Of a stretch of DNA of 64,000 nt, positions 30,137 to 64,000 are shown piece by piece. Source of the stretch: Zootoca vivipara (taxonomy: Eukaryota); assembly GCF_963506605.1 (NCBI RefSeq), contig NC_083288.1, positions 10,540,001-10,604,000 on the forward strand. The letters are read 5' to 3'. A program made the position numbers and the translations under genes. Each line of letters begins with the position of its first letter. Position 1 is the first letter of the stretch. Below the pieces are notes generated by a model, which saw only the letters and a list, made by a program, of their open reading frames with translations, searched no databases and was not told where the DNA came from.

Positions 30137-31118
30137 AGAATTGCTTGTCATGATATAAAAAAATAGTTTTCATTTTCACAAGTGAGGTCTGTCTAAGCGA
30201 GGCCTTATCCACCAGCCAGCAGCAGATCTAGAAAGTGGTGCTTATAAAAGGACAGGGGACCCTCCTCCTTTGTAGCTACAGAACAGAAAGCAGAAGCTGC
30301 AGAGGAGGGTTGGCTTAGGCTCACTTTTGCTGCATTTTTAGAAACTGGGGGGCTCCGAGGGGCTGAAAAGGCTTCCCCTGCCATGTAAGCCTTGCCATCC
30401 TCTCTCATTCTGTGGTACTGAAGGCAAACGGTATTGTGATCCGGTCAAACAATTACAGAAGCTGGAACTGGAGAGCAAGGCTTCAGTGTTAGCATGGCTT
30501 ATTGCCCTTCTGCACGGCAAGCAGAATACCTCATGTATGCAAAACACACCCATTTATTGCATAACTTGTTCAGGTCGCAGCCCTTAGTAGCCCAAACTAA
30601 ATGTTGGGCAAAGGCATCTGGGTGTGTAAATAGGGTGTCTGAAAAAAACACAATAGAGAGGTGGCTTTGTTTTAAAGTGTCCACACCAAGTTAATGCCAC
30701 TTAGACCAAAGCCTTATGTGTACTGAGAATTTAAGAGCCTCTGCTCCTGATTTGAGGTGAAGCGAAGGCTGGAAGAGAGCTTGAGTCCCGGTACTTGCGT
30801 ACCTGTAGGAAAGGAACTTTGCTCACAATCAAACCCCAGGACTGTGCGTTGTAGATGGATTTTTATCAGACAAGCTAGGTCAACATGAAGAACACATCAG
30901 GGCCAAGGCTTGAAAGAGCGAGACCGCAGCGACTGATCCTCATGAACAGACAGCTAATTTCTTTCCTGCTCACATAAGGAGGCCGAGAGAAGGGTTTCAG
31001 AGGTCAATACAATCAATAGCCCTCCAAAAAAGCTTGAAGAGGAAGTACTGGCAGGAATAGCCTCTTGGCTACAGAGCGCCAGGCTACAACACACCCCTCC
31101 TGGGGTGCCCAAGTGTGG

Positions 31119-34100
31119 TCAGTAGAGCTGGCTCTTCAGTTGTTGCAGGACGCCGATCACAATGTCCCGTAGGGTCTAGGAGGGGAAAGTCCATAGGAAT
31201 TTGTAAGAGGCTGGTTCAGGTTAAAGGGTATTTACTCTGGTAGGGCTGGGAAGACAGGGAAAACTAGCCTGGATGGGATTAAACCAGAACCTTTAGTTTT
31301 CAGACTCCTGACCCATGGGAATCCTCAACCTCTTAACAGGGGGACACCACAGTCTTGCTCCTTACCCTAAGGACCACCTGAGACATATTATTATTATTAT
31401 TTATTTATTTATTGTTTATAACCCGCCCATCTTATGTCCCTGTTTAATCGCTGAGACCTACTGGAGGAATGCCGTTAACTGTCTCTCAAGTGAATGAGGA
31501 CTGTCGGTATCTATGAAAAATTTAGCATGGCTGATCCAGCAATGTGGAATGCCCTCACGATGGAGATCAGCCAAGATACATCACATCTTATTTTTAGAAG
31601 AAGAGTTTGGATTTGATATCCCGCTTTATCACTACCCGAAGGAGTCTCAAAGCGGCTAACATTCTCCTTTCCCTTCCTCCCCCACAACAAACTCTGTGAG
31701 GTGAGTGAGGCTGAGAGACTTCAGAGAAGTGTGACTAGCCCAAGGTCACCCAGCAGCTGCATGTGGAGGAGCGGAGACGCGAACCCGGTTCCCCAGATTA
31801 GGAGCCTACCGCTCTTAACCACTACACCACACTGACTTCCTTGGGTTTACGTTGGGTGGATTTTATGTGATTGGCGACTTCCTTCTGATTTTATGTTTGC
31901 TGTATGTAGCTTAGACGTTTTCTATACGAGTTAGCAGTATACAAATCTTTTTGTAAACAAATACTACACAACAGTTGGAGGAGGAGCCAGTTGTCAAGTT
32001 CCTCAGGATCATCCTGTGTAAAGTGCTGGTAATCAAAGCCTGATGTGGCACTATCCTGAGGATCTGAGGTGGGGCGGGGGAACACTTGAAAAAGTTGAGC
32101 AGTTTATCAGCATTGAGCAACTATGGAAGAGATTTCTAGTAATGGAAGGGAAGATCTTCTATGAATACATATCTGCCTTCACATCTCGACTCCCTTCCCA
32201 AAAATTGTGCAAGTTAAAACACTCAGGTCTTACTGTTCAAACTAAATTGTGAGTTTACCTAGGTAAATGTTAATGTGGGTGCTGAATTGAGATGTTCTGG
32301 TCACAGAATTCTTCAGCAAGCAGCACAGCAGGCAGTAAAGCCAGGGCCAAAATCAGCAGGAGTGGGACATCTTAGGAGCCAAGAGGAAGTTGTGTCCATT
32401 GGGACACAACTGTACCACTTCCGCAGCACTTTGTCATCTCACTGCTGGGGACCAGGCTGGTATGAGCTACTCTGGCAGTCCTGAGTCTCAGAGCTGCATT
32501 TATTCAGTTTTCAAAATATGCAGCTGAAACCACTTGGGCACTAAATGAACCGATTATCAGACACTGGGAGAGGAAAGGCAGATGGACTGGGAGCTGCCAT
32601 AGCTGGGAACACTGAGGTCCATGAGATCAGAGACCTGTTGTCTCCTGAGTCAGAATGGGGCAGAGCATGCTATAGGCTGGCCAGCCGCCCTCATCTTTTT
32701 GAGTCCAGTGATGGACAAGCAGCTCCCACGTAGGCTGAAAGCGTTATTCATACTTCTCCAAAAGGCCCATTTCCCCCCTGATTTTGCCCCTGCATTCTAG
32801 TGGAAGGGGTTAACCCTTTGCTACCTGCTCTAGTGCCCTGCTGACTTGGGAGTATTTGCATAATTAAGGTACTGTGGAAGATAAGGAAACCATTTCTCTC
32901 CTATCAGGAGTTCAATCTACCCAGTTCCAGCTGTACAAAGAGATGAACGCCATAGGCTGCTGAGTGGTACTTAGCAACAGCAGGAGGAGTTAAGGAAATC
33001 CATCTCATGACCCCTTGATCGATTCAATTTCCACCTGCTTGCCTCTGAGGCAGCACGGACTCCAAAGAGGTTAGCATGAGCAAAACAAGCACGTATTTGC
33101 TGCACGAAACTGCCAGCCGCATGCTCTCAAACTGCGGAGTTACCTGTGGCTTGCAGTGCTCTTCTATCCAGCTGAAGACACATGCCGAGAGCTCCTGAAA
33201 GCTTGTCACGGAGATGGAGGCGTTGAAGGACTGGAACAAGGAATCCATGATACCCTGGAAAACGTTGAACTTCACCTGGTCGGAGACCTGGTTCTTCCCT
33301 TCATTAGGATTGTCCTGGTGAGCTTTGACAATCTGTTCGTAGTTTCTGAAATGAATAAATGTGGCTGGTGAGCTTAGGAGAAGCGGGTTGGGCTGGAAAG
33401 ACATGGAGGGCTTATTTGAACTCGGGGATGTTTTATAGCAGTTGTTGCAGCGGGGAAAGCTAAAAGCTCCAAAGAAACAGGATAGAATTGACTGCTCACA
33501 ATTAAGGAGTTCACTTCCGTCCCTTATAAATATTGTAGGAACGGCTGCTACTGAAGCATGCTGTCTAATGGCATGTGTACATAACAGAGGGTCTTACATT
33601 TTCATGATTTTCAAGGCCATTACATCTTTCCGGAGCGTGGAGACCTCTTCCTCCTGCTTCTTCTTTTCCTTGTGCAAGAACTGGATATAGTCAATGGCTG
33701 AGGAGCAAAGACATCAGCGGGTTAGAAGGCAACCACAGTGGGGCTTCTCAAAACATAACCAGAACCTGTGGGCTATTCTGCTCTGTTAACTCAGGAAAGT
33801 TGCAGTCTCTCTCCCCCCTAGGAGGATGACAAGGAAGCTAGGCTCCCTTTAAGCACTAGTGCTAGTTAGACACATCTATTCAGAGTTTCATAATCTGAAA
33901 AGGAGAGCGAGCGGGCAGAGGATGAAACTGGTTTCAAGACTAGTGGGAGCTTGGCAGGAAATAAGACGGAAGATGTTAAGAAATAAGATGCACAATGCAA
34001 ATGGAAGGAAGATTGAAAGCCAAACACAACCCAAGCAGTTCTTCAACTCACTTTTCTGCAACACAATTGCCTTGCTTAACTTCCCTGAGCCTATGGAGAA

Positions 34101-37100
34101 ATCCTGCTGCTGGCATGTAGGTACAATCGACTGCAAATCGTCGTAGCCTTTCTGTAGGAGAGAGGGAGAGTGGTGTTAAAACTTACAAAGCAAGGCTCGC
34201 CCCCCCCCCCACGACAAAATGATTAGTTAAGTCAGCACACCTCCAGCCGCCATTTCTGGTTTCCCTTACTCTGCTGCTCCAGGGGAGGGGAAGTGCAAAC
34301 TTGCTATGCCAGGGGGACAGAAAGGGGCATTGAGCATGGATGTGTAGGTCACCCCACTTTCTGACCTTGATGGCATCCCGCCGCTTCTGCTCAGCCTGCG
34401 TGTGGGCGCGGCGGCGGCGGTCTTTGTAGATTTCTTTATAGGCTTCCTGCTGGTAGTCGGAGTCTTCATCATCTGCAGCAGGAGAACAGGCCTTGTCAGC
34501 TAAGGGGCAAGGCAGCAGGAAGGGGCCTAAGGGAAGCGGGGGAGGGCGCCCAGCAGCTTCCTCACCGCAAGATTTCATCAGGCTCAAGTTGCTACGAGAA
34601 AACTGCACGGCGTATTGGAAGAATCGCCATTTGTAGGCTGTGAAAGTGCAAGCCAGCCTCGGATTCCTTTTCTGGAAATAAAAAGGGAATACACCCCTGC
34701 TAGGGGGCTTCCTTTTCTCTGCATTTTCACACTTCCATGGGCCACTGAGAAGGAGGGATGGGACGTTAACACCTTGCCAAAAAAGCCAGGGATTAACTGA
34801 GAATTTGGCTATGTCAAACTAGGAGTGCAGTTTCCAAAAGTCATTACCAACTAGCTGCAGGCAGGTTGGTGAACCTGACGTCCCATTTGGTAGTCCTTTA
34901 AAATATCTCTCCTTCCATGGCACCACCTTCAATTGGAATACTTAAGACACTGCCTCTCGGCTAGCCAGGAATAATGCAGGGGTACAGGTGAGAGGCTCTG
35001 TTCGCTTCACAGTTGGGAGACGAGTGACTATTCCATTGACAGAGAAGCCAGTGGGCTGTACCTGTGTTGGGTACTGAAGAGGCACTGGTGGAGCCGATGC
35101 TGTTTGCTCTTGAAACAATGCTCCCTTTCCTCCTGCTTTCCACAAAGAGTGCTGAAAGAGAAACACCACCAAAGTAGACCTGACAAGAGTGCATCCTCAA
35201 CATAATTTTACTCCTTAATACCCTCTATCCACCCTACTGCATTTGCAGTTAGGGGGATAAAAGGGTTCGGTCCTCCCTCTTTGATGGCACACTTTTATGT
35301 GAAGCAGGGATTTACTGGTTGCAATTGGGCAACCGGGAGCTAAGCTACAGTACAGCGGTGTGATCTGTCTCTGGTAAGTGTATGCACGGCACAAAGGGCC
35401 CACAAAAACTAGGTCCCCATAACTGCCTGCCTCCCTCGCAATTGTCCCTTGTCATTTCATGCTTCCAGCTCAAAGATGAGGCGTCGTCCCTCTCCCATGC
35501 TAATAATATGGGTGCAATATACAGGGGCACACAGATTCACACAACCCTCCCGTTCCCAGCTGAACGCTTCCGAAGGGGCAACACGGGAGACCTTGTCCTT
35601 CCCAAATCCTGTGCGTGTCTGAGGAGGGGAGGGGAAGAGTCAGTGGCAACCACAAACTATGGCTAGCCAAGGTTTGTGGATCCAAAGCCCAGTTGAAATG
35701 CGTAGGGCCAAAACACAAATCCACCAAGGAAGGGAATACTCCTGTTAAAACACAAGGGCCCAGGGAGAAGCAGGGGAAGCAGCTACGGATATTTAGTAAG
35801 ACGATAAGCAATACAAGAAGTCATGAGAATGGGGATACCAAACACTTACCAGGATCCAGCCCGTTGTCGCTAAACGTTGAGTCAACCTGGTTTGTTGTGC
35901 CACAAGAAGGGTTTGGGGGGGGAGAGGAAATAAGACAACTTTTTCTTTAGACACATGTCAATGTCTTACTTGAACTGTGGCTGGTTCTGAACAGGCATTC
36001 TTAAGCATCTCTAAAACTCATACCTCTGTGCCAAGTGCACAAAGAGGGGTGTTCAACAAATACGCTGTCATCTCATGTCAAGTAAAACTAAAACAAAATC
36101 AACCCATCGGCCCCCATTAATTTTTTTTAAACAAACCTAATTACTCTCTGTGTAGAAAGATCAAAGTGACAATGCAGGAAGCCAACCTCCTGAAAGTTTG
36201 CTTTTGCCCTCATATATTTTATAGCACTAAAGGAAGGAAAATGAAAGTTATATATTGCAGCCTCTGGATACGAGACAAGCAATATTCCTCCCTACCTCCT
36301 TCTTTTTTTTTTTAATATAATTTTTATTAGATTTTAACAAGAAATACAAAAAAAAAGAAAAAGGCACAAAAAATAAAAATAAAAAAAGACAGAAAAAACA
36401 ACAACAAAACAAAACAAAAACAGATTCAGGCTTCCTCATTTCCCCTTCTTGAGTTCTTATTGTTAAAAATAGTTCTCGCATTTTCCCATTCTAACTTCAC
36501 ATTCTTTTTTCTAAGTTTCAACTTTTTCATTGCTATTATCCATTCTCCTTATACTTTGACCTCTTTTCTCTTAACATCCTCTCTCCAAAATTATTATTAT
36601 CTAATCCCTAATCTCTTTCCCTTACCCAAAAATATATAAGATTCACATCCAAATTTATTACCCATTTACTTCCACCCACACAACAAAGTTCCCACCCCCC
36701 CTTCCCTGAAATCGAAGTCTCCAGATAAATCAGCCAGGTTCTTCATACAATCCTTAATACATTCCGAGATCAGACCATATTATTTCAGACAATACCAAAT
36801 AATCCAGAACCTCTCAACCCACCCCTAGTCTGTCCCATACCAACTTTTGCCGAACTCTTGCCCCCCTCTTCTGTAATCCCATCACTTTATATCTTTGCAC
36901 CTTTTCATCCTCTTTCTGCCCCCCATATTCCTCCCTACCTTCTGAGGGGGAGTGTTGGGGAGGGGGAGTGTAGCTTTGGGAAGTATCCCAGAATGTCCAA
37001 CAGCAGTGCCTAAGAAAGGATCTTGGAGAACTGCTGCCAGTAAACAACACTAGGTGGGATGGCTCAGTGGTCTAAGGCAGCGTTCCTGAAACAGGAGCCT

Positions 37101-37982
37101 CTCAGTTTCAGGCCTTTTGGAGCAGAGGTCTCAGTGCCGAGCTTTCTCCACTCCTCTTTCATTCTGGCCCATTTGCAATGCAGCAGAAAAGGAGTAATGG
37201 GCACTATAATCTTTCCCAGCTATTTTCCTATGCACTTAGCAGCTCAAATAAACACAAACATTCAACAGGGTCTCTCTCCTTACTCTAGTAGTCTTTCCCA
37301 ACTTTGGGTTTCCCCCCAGTGCCTGTTGGACTACAACACCCATCAGTCTTGACCGCTGGCCCTACTAGTTAGGGATGATGGGAGTTGTAGTCCAACATCT
37401 AGGAACCCACAGCTGAGAAAGGCTCAATCACCGTGATCGCAGAGGGAGGGTCAGTTCAGGCTGTCAAAGGGGCAGGAGGAGTCTTGAAAGCCCAGAATGC
37501 CAATCCCGGGGGAAGCAACTGCTGCTTTTTTTAAAGTCTCCTTGGCATCTTTTAATGCAATTAGGAGGCGTTGTTTATCAGCTCCATTAAGCCACGTTTA
37601 AAGTAAGCCCAGATTTCAGCTGGTTTCGTAACAAGAGAAATCCGCCCCCAAAGGCGATCAAAGCAAGCGCCTTTCTTCCCACTTCTCCCTGTTCACTGAC
37701 CTGGGGGGTGGTGGTGGTTTACTTATATACACTGAAAATGCCCCAGGCCTGCTTCCCAGTGGGGAAGGGGCATTCTTCACATGCTCAGAGACACTGTCTT
37801 CAGCGCCTCGCGGGTTCTGAGCTGAGCAGGCTCCCGGGACGCACCCACCCACCCCGTCCCGTAGATCTGCCCCATGGCTTGAGCCTCAGTCCCCACCCGC
37901 TCGCCTTGCCCTTACTTCCCCCGGTCTCACTCACTCGGGCTGTCCAGGAGCTCTCCGGAGAAACGCTCGGCGGCTCCGCCAT
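31119..37982 (-). CDS. MLX: Max-like protein X (bHLH-ZIP), complete 8-exon CDS, 246 aa (beta-type isoform)
   Basis: Exons 37982-37935, 35886-35850, 35151-35062, 34472-34366, 34151-34052, 33697-33598, 33345-33144, 31175-31119 (741 nt). bHLH basic region RRRAHTQAEQKRRDAIKKGYDDLQ, zipper, and C-terminal ELSACVFSWIEEHCKPQTLRDIV...QLY*. Confidence 0.96.
31595..31834 (-). mobile_element. tRNA-derived CORE/MIR-like SINE
   Basis: Minus strand: CAGTGTGGTGTAGTGGTTAAGAGCGG...GGTTCGCGTCTCC head, GTGACCTTGGGCTAGTCAC core, CCGCTTTGAGACTCC...GCGGGATATCAAA tail. Confidence 0.75.
36290..36900 (-). mobile_element. Degenerate L1-like LINE 3' end with A-rich tail
   Basis: Plus-strand poly-T/TTTATT block followed by A-rich 3' UTR resembling 54430-54560. 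Confidence 0.45.
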
Positions 37983-38190
37983 CTTTCCAGACCCTCCCCC
38001 CCCCGTCCGCCCCCGGGTCTGGCACAGCGTCACGCGTCATGCCGTGACGTCGCCCAATCAGGGCTGCGGGAGGGAAGATCTTGGAACGGAGTGCGCTCGG
38101 ATGACCAGGGGAAATATTACTCCCCACCTCCCACTTAGAAGCCCTGCAGGGTCGGCCAGCCAGCCGCATTCCGTCCACCTGCACCGCAAG
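37800..38190 (-). promoter_or_regulatory. CpG-island promoter of MLX
   Basis: CpG-rich around exon 1. CRE-like TGACGTCG at 38045 adjacent to CCAAT at ~38054; additional CGTCA half sites at 38028-38039. Confidence 0.65.
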
Positions 38191-39019
38191 ACTTCTCCTT
38201 CATCATCATCGTCGTCATCATCATCATCATCAATAAATTTATTGCACTAGCCAAAGGCCACGACAGGTCCCTGCAATCATTTTAAAATGTAAATCGAGCA
38301 GCTGCTAATAAAAAATAAGTGACCATGCACTGCGAGATCATCGATAGCAGGGATACCACTAGCTGAGTCGCAGTTGATGAACTTGCAATAACGTCGCCCG
38401 GTGCTATTGCTCCCACATCGGGACCAGATTGAGGGGAAGTGTGCAATAGCCTTTGCAGGGTACCCTAATGCTGGTTTGAAGCTGGGGTTGATTTGACATT
38501 CGAGTCAACACACACACACACAAACCATCAGGCTGTCTGGGCTCAAAATCGTCCCTCTTGGACACCCCTCCCTTTGCAGAAGACCCCCTTTGCAAACCGC
38601 ATGCTTTAAGCCTCCATAGACTTCCAAGTCAGGCAGATGGCAATTGCAGACGTTGCAAAAGCGCAAAACAAATTTTAAACAGAAATCACAAGGAAGTAGG
38701 AGCAGAAACATCTCTCTTCGCCTGTCCGTTTTTGGGGTGGGGGGTGGGGAGGACACCAGCTGACTGGTCACAGCTAAATCATTAAAAAAAAAATACAATT
38801 CTCCCTTGATTCCTATGGACAGCCCGGGGGGAGGGAACATAAATAAAAATTATACTGAGAGCAGAACACCCATCTCTAAACTTCCGTCTAGAAAGCAACC
38901 TTTAATCAGCCTTGGTCTGATTGGACTACGACTCCCATCATCCCTAGCTAGCGGGACCAGTGTCCGGGGATGATGGGGTTTGCAGTTCAACAGCAGTTAA
39001 CAATCTCGAGAAAGGCTTC

Positions 39020-39155
39020 CAGGTATCCCCAAACTCGGTCCTCCAGATGTTTTGGAAATAAAATTCCCATCATCCCTGACCACTGGTCCTGTTAACTAGG
39101 GATGATGGGAATTGTAGTCCCAAAACATCTGGAGGGCCAAATTTGGGGATGCCTG
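39020..39155. mobile_element. hAT-type palindromic MITE next to the DHX8 promoter
   Basis: CAGGTATCCCCAAACT...TTTGGGGATGCCTG, same family as 12831; no clean TSD. A second decayed core lies at ~38907-39015. Confidence 0.75.
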
Positions 39156-39350
39156 GCTCGTCTATATTTCCAAGTCTATGGGCAGCGCCGTAAGAAGAGG
39201 AAACCGGAAGTGACGGCTGTTGTTTTCTTTCTTCCCGATCCCCGCCCCGCCCACTTTCTCTATGATCCTTGCGCTGTAGAGGCGCCCCCGGAAGTGCCCG
39301 TCGTCGGACGCCTGGAGGCTGCGCTGGGGGCTCAGGGCGGCGGAGGCGCC

Positions 39351-64000
<24,650 letters not shown>

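Overview
Eukaryotic genomic DNA from a squamate reptile, most likely a lacertid lizard; this is inferred from Sauria SINEs and the LINE/MITE content. It is a compact housekeeping-gene cluster whose GT-AG exon structures can be traced base by base. In order: TUBG1 (gamma-tubulin, minus strand, coding exons 1-5, runs off the left edge); RETREG3/FAM134C (plus, 9 exons, 469 aa, head-to-head with TUBG1 across a CpG island); PSMC3IP/HOP2 (plus, 8 exons, 223 aa); MLX (minus, 8 exons, 246 aa, convergent with PSMC3IP); DHX8/PRP22 (plus, coding exons 1-21, head-to-head with MLX, runs off the right edge). Introns are dense with transposons: Sauria SINEs, tRNA-Lys/CR1-tail SINEs, L2, L1/Tx1, CR1 and RTE fragments, hAT MITEs with 8-bp TSDs, Tc1/mariner-type MITEs with TA TSDs, and a complete non-autonomous Helitron. 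No prokaryotic systems or CRISPR arrays are present, and I cannot support a wholly new gene system. The best leads are: (1) two divergent LTR-like elements in DHX8 intron 11 with decayed Trp/acidic + SPR reading frames, one ending in RRSLRL; (2) the Helitron; (3) a poly-Arg uORF ahead of RETREG3; (4) the MLX-DHX8 adjacency, which differs from human gene order. Gene identities come from recognising protein sequence from memory; no database search was run.
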